Below are positions 18,501 through 28,946 of a DNA stretch of 64,000 nt, in pieces; positions within the stretch are counted from its first letter, which is position 1; every line of letters begins with the position of its first letter. The notes beneath the pieces were generated by a model. It was not told the origin of the DNA, ran no database searches, and saw only the letters and a program-made list of their open reading frames with translations. The position numbers and the translations under genes are program-made. Source of the stretch: an uncultured virus (IMG/VR IMGVR_UViG_3300040758_000220) (Duplodnaviria > Heunggongvirae > Uroviricota > Caudoviricetes); the IMG/VR virus record IMGVR_UViG_3300040758_000220. The stretch is one strand, 5' to 3'.

Positions 18501-19592
18501 TCACGCCGCCTTCAGATCGAGTTTGTAGAGCATCCCGAACTCCTGAGCGCCCATCCGGCGATACAGCGCCCCGAGCCGCGGCCCGTCGCCCCGAACGCCG
18601 GCACGTTGATACACCTCTCCGACGCCTCTTGCACGCGCCGCGTTGAGCGCGGCCTGCTGAAGTCGCCACCCCAGCCGCAACCCCTTCGCGTCCGGCGAGA
18701 CAAAGAACGGTAACTGCGTTGCGGTCAGAACGTCGGCATCCTCCATCGACGGCGCCACGACATGGATCAGATAGCCCAGCATGCGCCCATTGAGCCTAGC
18801 CGTCACGATGTCGCCCGCGTTGATGTCTTCCAGCCGCTGGAACAGCGGCCAGTTCTTGCGCCGCCACCGATCTTCCGGCTCGCCGACCGCTTGGCAGTGC
18901 GCCGCCATCAGCGCCTGCCCGTCGCGCTCGAACGCCGCCAGTGCCTCGCGCTGGATCACCACCCCGTCCGCATCGGGTTCGGCGCGCGAGAGCGGCGCGC
19001 CCAGCGTGCGCCGGAACGCCTTGCGACAGGCCCGCGCCGCCGCCAGCATTTGCGGCTGGTGCGCGAAATAGTGCCGCATGGTCGCCGCCACGTCGGACTG
19101 GATATTGACCTCCGCCAACGCCGCCCAGTGATCGTGGTCGTGCGGATATGGCAGGCAGTGCTCGAACAGCCGGGCGCAGACGGACTCCTGAGCCAGATCG
19201 GCGAAATCGACCGTGAGGACGCCTGATTGCTGCGAAATCCGGTGAAGTGCGCGGTCGTTGCGCTGCATCTCGCGGGTCGTTTTCGCGCGGTCGAGTTGGC
19301 ACACGCCACGCATGTCGAGTTTCAGGTAGCTCTCGACCACCTCCGCTACAGGCCGGCGGATCACGGCCATGCGGATGTCGGGACGGATATGGCGGATCAG
19401 CCGCCACCAGCGTGCCGCGGCGGTCTCGACAGTGCCGGTGCAGTCCTGCGCCAACCAGGACCGGACATCGGCCATGCTGCGGATGTGGCGCATCTCGTCG
19501 TAGCCGCAGTGGTAGGCTTTGTGCGTGAGGAAACGCGCCGCCCAGGTGGAGCGGCTGCGACCGAGAGTGAAGATGATGAAGGGGGCGGTCAG
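18501..19592 (-). CDS. Fusion of a sulfotransferase/P-loop-like domain and a GNAT acetyltransferase
   Basis: N-terminal FIIFTLGRSRSTW; C-terminal FFVSPDAKGLRLG...LYRRMG GNAT motifs; probable CTG start in a CTGA overlap behind GGGGAGG. Confidence 0.65.
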   Translation of the reverse strand: MTAPFIIFTLGRSRSTWAARFLTHKAYHCGYDEMRHIRSMADVRSWLAQDCTGTVETAAARWWRLIRHIRPDIRMAVIRRPVAEVVESYLKLDMRGVCQLDRAKTTREMQRNDRALHRISQQSGVLTVDFADLAQESVCARLFEHCLPYPHDHDHWAALAEVNIQSDVAATMRHYFAHQPQMLAAARACRKAFRRTLGAPLSRAEPDADGVVIQREALAAFERDGQALMAAHCQAVGEPEDRWRRKNWPLFQRLEDINAGDIVTARLNGRMLGYLIHVVAPSMEDADVLTATQLPFFVSPDAKGLRLGWRLQQAALNAARARGVGEVYQRAGVRGDGPRLGALYRRMGAQEFGMLYKLDLKAA

Positions 19593-20188
19593 TACACCCT
19601 CCCCAACTCCACATACCGCGCCTTCGTCGCGCGCGGCGTCTGCTGCATCCGGCGCGCAACGATGCCTTCCGGCACGTCGCTGTAGCGCGGGATGATGATC
19701 CGTGAAGCATTCTGGTGTGCCGCCCACGACGCCATCGCCGGATAGATCGAAGCCGCCTGCTCGGGCGCCTCGATGTCGTTCTCATCGTGCTGGCGCATGA
19801 ACACGAAGAAGTCCTGCACCACCGGCTGTGGCTCCAGTGGGAGGCGGATCAGTTGCGCCAATCCGCACGCCTGTTCGGTGCGGACAAACCACCATTCGTT
19901 GCTGTAGATGCAGTTGCGCAGGAACCCCTTGATCTCCGCCGCCGCCGCTTCGGGGTGCCGCTCGTGCAGCCGGAATGCGAGCCAGTCCTGAAGTTGCGTC
20001 AGGTCGGGCAGTTCCATGCGCCGGATGATCGCCGGGTCCGGGGCGGCAATCTTTTGGGCCGGGACCCCGATGCGCAGATCGCCAATCGGAATGCCGGGGA
20101 TTTCGACGGCCGGTGGGGCCGGGGGTGGTGGCCGGATCACTTGCAGGATCGCGCCGGCTTGGATGTTCTGGGGCGGGGCGTCGGTCAT
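19589..20188 (-). CDS. GNAT-like protein
   Basis: GNAT-like alpha/beta pattern; conserved position after the nozzle gene. Confidence 0.5.
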   Translation of the reverse strand: MTDAPPQNIQAGAILQVIRPPPPAPPAVEIPGIPIGDLRIGVPAQKIAAPDPAIIRRMELPDLTQLQDWLAFRLHERHPEAAAAEIKGFLRNCIYSNEWWFVRTEQACGLAQLIRLPLEPQPVVQDFFVFMRQHDENDIEAPEQAASIYPAMASWAAHQNASRIIIPRYSDVPEGIVARRMQQTPRATKARYVELGRVY

Positions 20189-20527
20189 CTAGCCAATCTC
20201 CAAAGCATTCGACTCCGCCACATGCAGGGTCGCGTTCAGTTGAATCCAGCCCTCCCGCTGCCCGGGGTCGTTCCAGTCTACATCCGTCAGGTCCAATGTG
20301 GAAATACCGAGGATGGCGTCGGTCGCGTTGTGAATCTGCTGATGCTGGTCAAGGAACGCCGCGGGGTCGGCGAGGTTGACCGGGTCGAGTACATATTCGG
20401 GCAATGCGATGTTGTGCTGCGCCAGCACCGCCGCCCGGATCAGGAAGTGCTCATTGGCATGGTTGAAACTCCACGCCGCCATCTCATCGTCCGTTGTCGG
20501 CACGTTCCAGACGCTGGCCAGTCCCAT
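20189..20527 (-). CDS. His-rich phage protein
   Basis: WSFNHANEH...HQQIH...LH pattern; in the structural operon. Confidence 0.6.
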   Translation of the reverse strand: MGLASVWNVPTTDDEMAAWSFNHANEHFLIRAAVLAQHNIALPEYVLDPVNLADPAAFLDQHQQIHNATDAILGISTLDLTDVDWNDPGQREGWIQLNATLHVAESNALEIG

Positions 20528-20529
20528 GA

Positions 20530-22989
20530 CTACCCCCGGTAACCTGCGGAAACAGCGTCGCTCCCTGCCGAGATCAACGCAACATCGGCAGCCGAGGTCG
20601 AGATCGTAAATCCTAGCAACGCCCCCTGCTGCCCATTTGCTGTAGGGGGGGCAACATACAACCCGTTCGTCAGCCCCACCGGATTCGGCGTGAGCGTCAC
20701 TGGACTGGTCGCAACCTCGCTGTCCACCGCGAACGTGATGTTCGGGCTGCTGTCGGAATAGTACTGCGCTACCAGCCATACCCGGTTGGCGGTTTTCGTC
20801 ACCATGTAGCCGCCCGGCTTTGCCCATAGTTTGGACTGCGCCGTCTTGGAGAAGGCTGTCGATGGGGTGGAAAACAAGGGATAGATGTTCGTTCCATTCG
20901 TCCCATAGGCCGTGATGACCGATGCGATTTCCTGATGCTGGCAGTAGATCAAATTCACGTCCTGCTCGGTCGTGCACCATTTTTTCTGATCGGGTAGCCA
21001 GATGCACAGCTTGTTGACCTGCTCGCCGGTTATCTCGTCAATCACCGGGATCAACAACGCCCAGATGCGCTTGCCGTAGAGAATCGCCTTGCACGCGCTG
21101 AGCTGGAAACCGCCAAAGGCGTTCGGCACGCTGTTGTAAAATCCATCGAGCGGTTCCGACACCTTCGACACCCGCCCACCATAGCCGACATGCACGCCGA
21201 ACTCGTTGGCGAACACGATATTGCTGCCCAGCACGTCCACCGTCGCCGCGTAGGGGGTGCCAGTCTCCGGGTCGGCATTCTGGTTGGTGAAACTGGTCTG
21301 CGGCGGGGAGCCGCTGGTCGTCACGCCGCCGATGTAGTTTATCGAGCTGTCCCCGATCAGGTAAAGGAACCCGTTGGTCTGGATCGGCTGGACATAGGCA
21401 ACGCGCAGGAACGAATCGTTCGAGGTGAAATCACCGCCGCCGACGGCGGTCGAGAAGTTCCACGGATCGCCCGGCCCGGTAAAATTGACCGTCCCGCCCG
21501 CGCCTTGCGGAGCCGTCGAGTAGGGATTCACCACCCAGACACGCGACTGGTAGGTCTCGACCGCCGAGCCGGAAATCCCGAACGGCATCACCTCCAGGAT
21601 CGCGGCTGCGGCGTTGTTCAATCCCGTCTGCACCTCGATCGCCGGCACCGATGTAAACCCGGAGCCGCCGTTGCTGACGGCCACGGCAGAGATCGCCCCG
21701 GCGGTCACCGTCGCCACCAGCACCGCCCCCGTACCTCCCCCGCCCACCACGGTCAGGGTCGGCGTGCCATTCAGGTTCGTCCCCCCCTGGACGATGGTGA
21801 CAGACGCGATGGCGCCCGGCGTGATGGCAGCCACGGCCACCGCCCCGCTGCCCGTGGGGAGGCTGACGGTTGGGGGGCTGGTGTAGCCGGTGCCGCCCGC
21901 GATCAACGTCGTGGACGCCACCACGCCCGAGGCGTTGACAGTGTAGGTCGCCTGAGCGCCGCTGCCGCCGCCACCCGAGAACGCCAGGGGGTAGGTGCCC
22001 GGCACATACCCGGAGCCGCCCGGACTGACGGACAGCGAATTGACGGCGGTTCCAGAGAGCGTAGCGGTGATGGAGGCGCCGGAGCCGGGGATCGGGAAGC
22101 TGACCGTGGGCGCGCCCGTGTAATTCGCCCCGCCGGCGGTCAAGGCAATGGATTGAACGGCACCGCCCGATGTCGTGAACGTGCCCGCCGCGCCCGATCC
22201 CGCCCCGCCGGTGAAGCCGAGAGGGAATGTGCCGGTCGGGTAGCCGGTGCCGCCGGAGACCAGCGTGAGATACTGCACCACGCCGGTTGCCAGCACGGCT
22301 TCAAGGATCGGCGTCGTGTCGGTGCCGCCGCCGGAGAACGCGACCTGCACGATATCGCCTGGGAGGTAGTCGAGGCCGGGATTGGTGATGATCAGATTGG
22401 TGATCGAACCGTTGGTCAGGACTGGCACGAGTCTGACGTTGGTGCCCGCGCCGCCAAAAACGGTATAACCCGGCACGGAAGTATATCCCGCCCCACCGTC
22501 GATCAGTTGGCTCGGGTCGAACGGCGCGATCGAGCCTGGTTGATAGAACAGCGTGCCATCGGTCGCGAAGTAGCCGTTCTCCTGCTTTGACGTGATGATG
22601 ATGACCTGACTGCCCCATTGCGTGACGCCGACGTTGCCACGCGCCGGATTGGCGATCGTGCCGTCGGGGGCGATGGTGATTTGCGCCAGCGTCTCGGTGT
22701 TCACCAGCCAGATGTCGCCATCGTCCTGCATGACCACGCAGTACGGCGTCTCGCCGACGTTGGCGAAATTGAAGAACGCGACGGTGCGGCCCGCCTCGCT
22801 CACCGTGAAAATCGGCGCTCCGATGCCTGGGATGGTGCGGAGATTCGAGTCGCCGAGCGGTATCCAGCCGTCCATCCACGAAGCCTCGGTATCCTTGATC
22901 CCGGGCCGGGAGGCGTTGGTGTTCAGGCCCGTGAAGCCCTCAAAGGCCAGTATCTCGAAGGCTTCCTGCTGCTGTTGCGACCCGCTCAT
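20530..22989 (-). CDS. Tail nozzle/stabilisation (beta-propeller) protein with inserted Gly-rich repeats
   Basis: N-terminal FEGFTGLNT, beta-rich; central GGxGYTxxPTV repeats. Confidence 0.7.
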   Translation of the reverse strand: MSGSQQQQEAFEILAFEGFTGLNTNASRPGIKDTEASWMDGWIPLGDSNLRTIPGIGAPIFTVSEAGRTVAFFNFANVGETPYCVVMQDDGDIWLVNTETLAQITIAPDGTIANPARGNVGVTQWGSQVIIITSKQENGYFATDGTLFYQPGSIAPFDPSQLIDGGAGYTSVPGYTVFGGAGTNVRLVPVLTNGSITNLIITNPGLDYLPGDIVQVAFSGGGTDTTPILEAVLATGVVQYLTLVSGGTGYPTGTFPLGFTGGAGSGAAGTFTTSGGAVQSIALTAGGANYTGAPTVSFPIPGSGASITATLSGTAVNSLSVSPGGSGYVPGTYPLAFSGGGGSGAQATYTVNASGVVASTTLIAGGTGYTSPPTVSLPTGSGAVAVAAITPGAIASVTIVQGGTNLNGTPTLTVVGGGGTGAVLVATVTAGAISAVAVSNGGSGFTSVPAIEVQTGLNNAAAAILEVMPFGISGSAVETYQSRVWVVNPYSTAPQGAGGTVNFTGPGDPWNFSTAVGGGDFTSNDSFLRVAYVQPIQTNGFLYLIGDSSINYIGGVTTSGSPPQTSFTNQNADPETGTPYAATVDVLGSNIVFANEFGVHVGYGGRVSKVSEPLDGFYNSVPNAFGGFQLSACKAILYGKRIWALLIPVIDEITGEQVNKLCIWLPDQKKWCTTEQDVNLIYCQHQEIASVITAYGTNGTNIYPLFSTPSTAFSKTAQSKLWAKPGGYMVTKTANRVWLVAQYYSDSSPNITFAVDSEVATSPVTLTPNPVGLTNGLYVAPPTANGQQGALLGFTISTSAADVALISAGSDAVSAGYRG

Positions 22990-25211
22990 GAGAACGTAAC
23001 GTTCGATGAATTGAGTACCTGCCACGTCGTCGCGGAGGCCGAAATCATACTGGCGTAGGCGCCCGCAGCAGTGAATGTCGCGGTCGTATGGCCACCGCCG
23101 AATGCACCCGTCGTCGCTGCGGTTACCGTGTCGCCGCCGCCGCCGGTCTCCTCAGTGATGAACAGCGGGCGGCCGGCAAAGCCTGGGTCCGCGAGGGTGC
23201 AGTATATGTTGCCACTTGGCGAAGCCAGGACTGCCGTGCCTGCCTGGATCGAGAGGGTGCTATTGACGGTATATGGCTCTCCGACTGAGGCAAGGTTAAC
23301 GGGCAGGAACTTGAACGGATAGTCCCCGAATTGTCCATAGAAGGCAAAGTTGTTCTCGATCTGGTAATTATCTATCGAGTAGTTCGGCGCGGGTGATAGG
23401 AGTTTGATTGCCAGAGGATCGGAAGGCGCCCCTGGCGTCACTATGTTGTCCATGTTGAATTGGCATCCGATGACTTGTGTGCCATCTGCCTCGTAGGCAA
23501 TCGAAATCCCTGCCGCGACACACGTCGGATATTCTGCCGGCAATGCAAACGAGCATCCAATGATCTGGACGCCTCGCGACCCCGCCGTGACCGAAATGTC
23601 AACTCCATCGGTGCCGTTCGCGTTGCGGGCGCCGCCGGCTGCATTGTTGCCACTGAACGTGCAGCCGATGATCTGATCGAAATCGGTGGCCAATGTGCCG
23701 TTTCCGCACTGGAGGCCGGTGTTCTGGGCGTTCTGTATTTGTGCGCCTTGGATGATGTTGCTGAAGCTTCCTTGGATGATGATGGTATTTTCGCCGTTGA
23801 AGAACGCGCCGCCGTGGAATTGGTGTGATCCGGCGGCGTAGGTCAGCGGCGTGCTGCTTGTTGTGCCCAGCAGGAGTTGCGCCACGCTGGCGGTCACTAA
23901 ACTGGAACCGCAGGTGAGCATATAATGATACCAGTCGGTACTTTGGTTCTGATACCCTAGCGTTGTCGAATCGGCGATGTAGACATTCCACATCCAACCG
24001 GACTGATAGGTATTGCCGACCAGGATACCGTTGGCAAACCCCTGGAACAGCACATCACGCAGCGTCGGCCAACCCTCGTTCGGACCCGACGGCCGCAGCG
24101 TGTCAGACATCAGCAACCCGGTCTGGCCGGTATAGGTGCCAGGCACGCCAGCAAAGCCTATTTTTTCGAGCGTGATGTTGCCGGATGTCGAGTCCACCAG
24201 CGTCAGACCGGCGTTGTTGCCGTGGAAGACAATCATGCTCTCCTGGCTGATCGCGCTAGCCCCTGGCACAGCATAGTAGGACCCGACGCCGATGATGGTG
24301 TCGTTCTTCAGCGCGAGATTGCCGGTGTAGTTGGAAAATCCGCCTGGGTGGTAGATCGCGGGATTGCCGGCAAGCCGCGCTGCTGCGGTGCAGTTATTCC
24401 AGGGCGTCGTATCGTCGTGCCCGCCGACACCACTTTGCGTGCCGTCCAGATAGGCGCCGAACCAGCGGATCGACCAGCTCTTGCCGCCGGTCTCGCGATA
24501 CCAGCTCCGCCCCGATGCATCGTTGATGATCGTGCCGCCGTTGGCCGTGGTCGGCGTGCCGAGATAGAACGGCCCCTCGCCGCCATCTCCTTTGGCGTAG
24601 AAGCCCTGGAGAAAAATCTGGTTGTTGGGCAGCGTGGTCGAGGTCGCCGCTTCCAGCGCCGCGACAGTCGCGACCACGAGTGGCATGGCAGTCGAGGCGA
24701 TGCTGCTGTCCTTGATCAACTTGCCCGTCGTGCCGTTGAACAGCGCCAGATCGCCAGAGTTCGCCGCTGAGGGACCTTGCACGATGTTCGCTGCCAGGAT
24801 GCCGCTGTCCTCGATGAGCCGGCCCGACGTTCCGTTGAAAGTGAGAATGTCGCCTGCAACGGCGGATGTGGGACCTACGACGTTGCCGGTCCCGCCGCCG
24901 CCTGGCACGTAGGCATAGGTCTGACCGTTGATGACGTAATTGAGTTGCACGCTCGGCGCACCGCCGAACGGGTTGAAATACATCGTGATGGTGCCGTCGT
25001 TGGAGACGGCCACGCCATACTGCACATAGGCCGCAGTCGTCGGCCCGCTGTTGATCGCGAAGCTGATGTTGCCGTTGTTGGTAATCCCCACGCCCGTGAG
25101 GTTACCGCCAGTCGCCGGGCCGGCATCCTGCGCGACACCATCCGTCGTCCAGGACAACGGATGCCCCGGGGTAACGACGCCGGATTGGAGGATGGGTTGA
25201 CCTGCGCTCAT
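22986..25211 (-). CDS. Tail spike with right-handed beta-helix (depolymerase-like)
   Basis: GFYAKGDGGEG, SIRWFGA..DG...DDT pectate-lyase-3-like start, Asn/Ile ladders. Confidence 0.75.
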   Translation of the reverse strand: MSAGQPILQSGVVTPGHPLSWTTDGVAQDAGPATGGNLTGVGITNNGNISFAINSGPTTAAYVQYGVAVSNDGTITMYFNPFGGAPSVQLNYVINGQTYAYVPGGGGTGNVVGPTSAVAGDILTFNGTSGRLIEDSGILAANIVQGPSAANSGDLALFNGTTGKLIKDSSIASTAMPLVVATVAALEAATSTTLPNNQIFLQGFYAKGDGGEGPFYLGTPTTANGGTIINDASGRSWYRETGGKSWSIRWFGAYLDGTQSGVGGHDDTTPWNNCTAAARLAGNPAIYHPGGFSNYTGNLALKNDTIIGVGSYYAVPGASAISQESMIVFHGNNAGLTLVDSTSGNITLEKIGFAGVPGTYTGQTGLLMSDTLRPSGPNEGWPTLRDVLFQGFANGILVGNTYQSGWMWNVYIADSTTLGYQNQSTDWYHYMLTCGSSLVTASVAQLLLGTTSSTPLTYAAGSHQFHGGAFFNGENTIIIQGSFSNIIQGAQIQNAQNTGLQCGNGTLATDFDQIIGCTFSGNNAAGGARNANGTDGVDISVTAGSRGVQIIGCSFALPAEYPTCVAAGISIAYEADGTQVIGCQFNMDNIVTPGAPSDPLAIKLLSPAPNYSIDNYQIENNFAFYGQFGDYPFKFLPVNLASVGEPYTVNSTLSIQAGTAVLASPSGNIYCTLADPGFAGRPLFITEETGGGGDTVTAATTGAFGGGHTTATFTAAGAYASMISASATTWQVLNSSNVTFS

Positions 25212-26407
25212 ACCGTGAACCCCTGGGCGATCCCCACCACATCGAACAGCGTCCCGTCATTGGCGATCAATGTCAGCACGTCGCGCGCGGCAGCCGTAGC
25301 GGTTGCGGTGAAGGATGGGTAAGTTGTCCCGAAGTTGAACCCTGTCGTGAGATGCCACGTTGCCGCGGTGGCGCCTTGCTGGATATTCAGCACCATCCGC
25401 TGATCTGGCCCATTAGCCGCACCGGCGTGCAACGTGATCGTGCCACCGGACGCCGGGCCGTTCACCAGAGCGTTCGTCACACCCAGCGTCGGCGTGATCG
25501 CGAACGTCCCGGTCGCTGTCGCTGCCACGGTGATCTGGCTGTTGCTGATCAGCGAGCCGTTGTTGAACGCCAGGAAATCGCCAAGGGCGGCGCTGCTCAG
25601 CAAAGTCCCCGCCGTCGGCAGCGTGATATCCGTCGTCCCCGTCGCCACCAGCGTCACCGGATGCGCCCCGGAGACCGTCACCGCGCCCCCGAGCGAGACG
25701 GCCTTGCCGCCAATCGACCCGACCGCGACCGCGCCCGTGTTGGAGATCGTCGCGTCGCCCGACATGGCGCGGGCCTGCGCGAACCCGCTGGAATTGCCCA
25801 CCCAGATGTCGGCCGAGGCCAAGGCGTTCGCCAGCAGAGTCCCGGTGGTCGGCAGCGTCAGCGTCGTGTCGCCGGTGATGCCGAGCAGCAGGTTGTACGC
25901 GCCCGAGACCGTCACCGACCCGCCCGTGGCCAGCGGGCCACCGAGCGACACGCCTTTGCCGCCCACCGCCGTCACCGTCGTCTCGATCGTCCCCTCGGTG
26001 TTGACGCTGGTCACGTCGCCGGTCAGGTTCGCCACCGAGGCCGTCTGTCCGTTGGTGATCGTCCCGCCGTTCATCCCGGCGCCAGTGTACCACTCCGACA
26101 TCGGCCCGAACGCGCCCAGCGTCGAGGTCACGCCGTTGAGCACGAACAGCAGCGGCAGCGGCGACTCGGTGCCGTAGTTCTGTACCGTCAGGATCGCGGC
26201 TTCCTCGGTGATGCCAAGGCTAAGCTGGCTGAACCCGCCGGTCGAGATCAGGTTGTTCTGGATCGTGAGCGCGGTCTGCTGGTCCGAGAGGATGGCGAAG
26301 CTGGTGGCTGCCGGCTCGGGCGCGGCGCCGCCGTCCTGGATCACGCCGTCCGTGGTCCAGACCGCGACGTGGCCGGGGGTGATGGTGCCGGTTTGGTCTA
26401 CGCTCAT
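25208..26407 (-). CDS. Tail fibre protein
   Basis: MSGDATISNTGAV and TLPTTGTLL fibre repeats; N-terminus paralogous to the spike. Confidence 0.7.
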   Translation of the reverse strand: MSVDQTGTITPGHVAVWTTDGVIQDGGAAPEPAATSFAILSDQQTALTIQNNLISTGGFSQLSLGITEEAAILTVQNYGTESPLPLLFVLNGVTSTLGAFGPMSEWYTGAGMNGGTITNGQTASVANLTGDVTSVNTEGTIETTVTAVGGKGVSLGGPLATGGSVTVSGAYNLLLGITGDTTLTLPTTGTLLANALASADIWVGNSSGFAQARAMSGDATISNTGAVAVGSIGGKAVSLGGAVTVSGAHPVTLVATGTTDITLPTAGTLLSSAALGDFLAFNNGSLISNSQITVAATATGTFAITPTLGVTNALVNGPASGGTITLHAGAANGPDQRMVLNIQQGATAATWHLTTGFNFGTTYPSFTATATAAARDVLTLIANDGTLFDVVGIAQGFTV

Positions 26408-26420
26408 GTCGCCACACCGG

Positions 26421-26448
26421 TTGACATGCGATGGAATACCGCTAGAGT
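26421..26448 (+). promoter_or_regulatory. Sigma70-like promoter for the antisense endonuclease gene
   Basis: TTGACA-N16-TAGAGT. Confidence 0.5.
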
Positions 26449-26516
26449 GACGGAGCCTGCCGGAGCGTTACCAGCGCCCGACAGGCTCCTACCAACGACC
26501 TGTATGAGAGGCCAAG

Positions 26517-27290
26517 ATGGGTAAGGGCAGCATACCACGCGCAATGACGGTTGGCGACCTGTTCGGCGAAATGCCGCCCGTGGCGAAAAAAACGCACGCC
26601 AGGGGCTGGAAGCGCGACGGGCGGTCGAAAGCGATCGTGTCATACGCCGGCAAAGAGAGACAGCGACTCCAAATTGAATGCCAGGTTTGCGGCAAGCCGT
26701 TTGTCGCCGTCCGGACGACGCGCTTGTACTGTTCGGCGTATTGTCGGCACGCGGCAGGATATACCCCTCGGACTCGGCCGACACGCAACTGCGAACAATG
26801 CGGGAAGGAGTTTGTCGCTTACAAAAAGACGAATCTTTGGTGTTCCCCTTTCTGCTACCAACGATATTACACCGAAAAAGACAGGCCGGGATATAACAGC
26901 CGGATGAGAGCGTTCCATAAACGCCACCGCACGGCGACGCCGTGGAAGCATCTTTTGTCGGGAGCGAGGGAGCGCGCTCGCAACAAGAAACTGGTTTTTG
27001 ATTTGACAAATGAATGGGCCGCAGCGAGGTGGACCGGCAAGTGCGAACTGACGGGTGTCCAGTTTTCTTTGTCTCATGCTCACAGAGCCGCGGACTCCCC
27101 AAGCGTCGATCGTATCTCGCCGGCCGAGGGCTACACGCAGAAAAATTGTCGCTTCGTGCTTTGGGCTGTGAACAGCTTGAAAGCCGAGGGAACAGACTCG
27201 GATATGTACCGCGTCCTCCAGTCGGTACTGAATGGGAACGTTCCGGCATCGTTACCACCTGCCATAGGGCGAGGTCGCCCGACCGGGTGA
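26517..27290 (+). CDS. Free-standing HNH-like homing endonuclease with Zn-ribbon repeats
   Basis: CxxC...YCSxxC repeats; C-terminal CELTG...PSVDRISPAEGYTQKNCRFV. Confidence 0.8.
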   Translation: MGKGSIPRAMTVGDLFGEMPPVAKKTHARGWKRDGRSKAIVSYAGKERQRLQIECQVCGKPFVAVRTTRLYCSAYCRHAAGYTPRTRPTRNCEQCGKEFVAYKKTNLWCSPFCYQRYYTEKDRPGYNSRMRAFHKRHRTATPWKHLLSGARERARNKKLVFDLTNEWAAARWTGKCELTGVQFSLSHAHRAADSPSVDRISPAEGYTQKNCRFVLWAVNSLKAEGTDSDMYRVLQSVLNGNVPASLPPAIGRGRPTG

Positions 27291-28184
27291 TACGTATGCC
27301 CGGAAGTTCTTCATCCTCTCATCGTAGAGGTCTTTATACATCCGAGCGGCGTTGCCATTCTGCAGCCCGAGATAAGCCAAGTGGGCCATGAAATAGGGCA
27401 CCGCATCGGTCCAGGGGTCTGCAATCGCTTCAACGCTTTGGTCGTCTATCAGGTCTTGCGGGAGGCACTGACAATCCCACTCTTGCTGGTATAGCTGCGA
27501 TGCAGGCGGGTACATGAACAGTGTGCCACTAGTCCCCTGGCCAAACTGAGCGGCGTAGGCCGGCACATACTGGAACTGGCCTGCTACATATTGACGAATG
27601 AGGGCCTGGAGAGAAGAAAACGAGTAAACCGGGAGACTATACCGGTAGTTAGAGAATATGACCGATATGCTCCGCACCATATAGATCGACCGGACGCCCG
27701 GCCACGGAGAAAGATCGACTGCGGAAAATGGGTACTGCTCCTGGCCTTGGTTCAACGTATTCACCGGCGCCACCGCCAGCGCGCCCTCGAACCCCGTCCC
27801 AGTCGGGTCGCTGATGCTGATCTGTGGCTGGAAGTAGCCAGCCCCGCCGTACTCGATGTTCACCGAGACGATGACGCCGCCGATTGCCGTGGCGCTTGCG
27901 GTCGCCTGCGCGCCCTGTGGCAGCGGCAGAAAGCCAGAAGGCGAGTCTGGCGGGGAGATCGTGACCGTCGGATCGGTGTAACCCACACCACCGTTGAGAA
28001 TCTGGCACGAGACAATCGGATTGCTAATCGCGGGCAGAATACGCACGCACTGACTTCTCATCGCGGTCTCACGCCGCGCTTGATTGCAGTATTCGATCAG
28101 GTCTCCGTCGTCTTCCAGCTCCATGTTTCCATCACGGAGGAAGCGGCGGCACTGCTTCAGGTACGTGTAGAGGGATGCTGGCAT
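27252..28184 (-). CDS. Head-tail adaptor (tail tubular A-like) protein 2
   Basis: Paralogue of the upstream gene (NQARRE; WTDAVPYF.A.LAY). Confidence 0.65.
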   Translation of the reverse strand: MPASLYTYLKQCRRFLRDGNMELEDDGDLIEYCNQARRETAMRSQCVRILPAISNPIVSCQILNGGVGYTDPTVTISPPDSPSGFLPLPQGAQATASATAIGGVIVSVNIEYGGAGYFQPQISISDPTGTGFEGALAVAPVNTLNQGQEQYPFSAVDLSPWPGVRSIYMVRSISVIFSNYRYSLPVYSFSSLQALIRQYVAGQFQYVPAYAAQFGQGTSGTLFMYPPASQLYQQEWDCQCLPQDLIDDQSVEAIADPWTDAVPYFMAHLAYLGLQNGNAARMYKDLYDERMKNFRAYVSPGRATSPYGRW

Positions 28185-28946
28185 CTACGCCGCCGCCCCG
28201 CGCTGTGGCGCCACGCCCAACTGGTTCGCCCGCGTCGGGTTCGGATTCTGCGGGTAAATCCCCGGCAGCGTAAGCGGCGTCGAGGCCCGCCGTGCCCGGT
28301 CCACGAACTCCTGATACAGCCCGAACATCTGCTTCGCGTATTCAAGCCGCGCGTTGGTCTGGGCGGACATCAGCGCGAGGTAGGCAGCGAAATATGGAAC
28401 GGCGTCAGTCCAGATCACGGGCACCGCCTCTGGCGTGGTGTCGTCCGCCAGCGGAATTGGGATACACACCGCGTCAACGGGAACTGTGTACGCGATGTCT
28501 GGTAGGGGCGAGAGATACAATGACCCGCCCCCGACTGGGTTGGGCGATGTCTGCGCCGCCGCCCCCTGGCCGAATTGGGAATACACGGTAGGTGGGCCGG
28601 AAGTCGGAGTCGGATTGGACAATTCGTATCTCGCGAACCAGCCCCATGGTCTCGGTCTCACCCACTTCATTCCTGCCCCGACACTATACCATAGTGTTTC
28701 AATCTCCCACACGCCCAGGATGCCGTTCACGCCCGCGTTGGGGATGACGATGCTGCTGAAGGCGTAGTTGTTCACGCCAATCGAAAGTGTGAGGTTCCCC
28801 ATGGCGCGAATGCACTTCGCCTCGCCGGCCAGTTGGTTGCGCGCTGAATTGATAAAGGTCGTCAGCAGGGCGGGCGGATAAAGCGACGCCGGGGCCGCTG
28901 GGTTCTGCAAAAGCGACTGCGTTGCGGCGAGATACTGATTCAGCAT
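28185..28946 (-). CDS. Head-tail adaptor (tail tubular A-like) protein 1
   Basis: LTTFINSARNQLA...LSPLPD..Y...WTDAVPYFAAYLA adaptor pattern; position after the capsid genes. Confidence 0.7.
   Translation of the reverse strand: MLNQYLAATQSLLQNPAAPASLYPPALLTTFINSARNQLAGEAKCIRAMGNLTLSIGVNNYAFSSIVIPNAGVNGILGVWEIETLWYSVGAGMKWVRPRPWGWFARYELSNPTPTSGPPTVYSQFGQGAAAQTSPNPVGGGSLYLSPLPDIAYTVPVDAVCIPIPLADDTTPEAVPVIWTDAVPYFAAYLALMSAQTNARLEYAKQMFGLYQEFVDRARRASTPLTLPGIYPQNPNPTRANQLGVAPQRGAAA

Noticed and set aside
5893..26407. Diversity-generating retroelement acting on fibre genes
   Set aside because: No reverse transcriptase and no TR/VR pair were recognised in the window.
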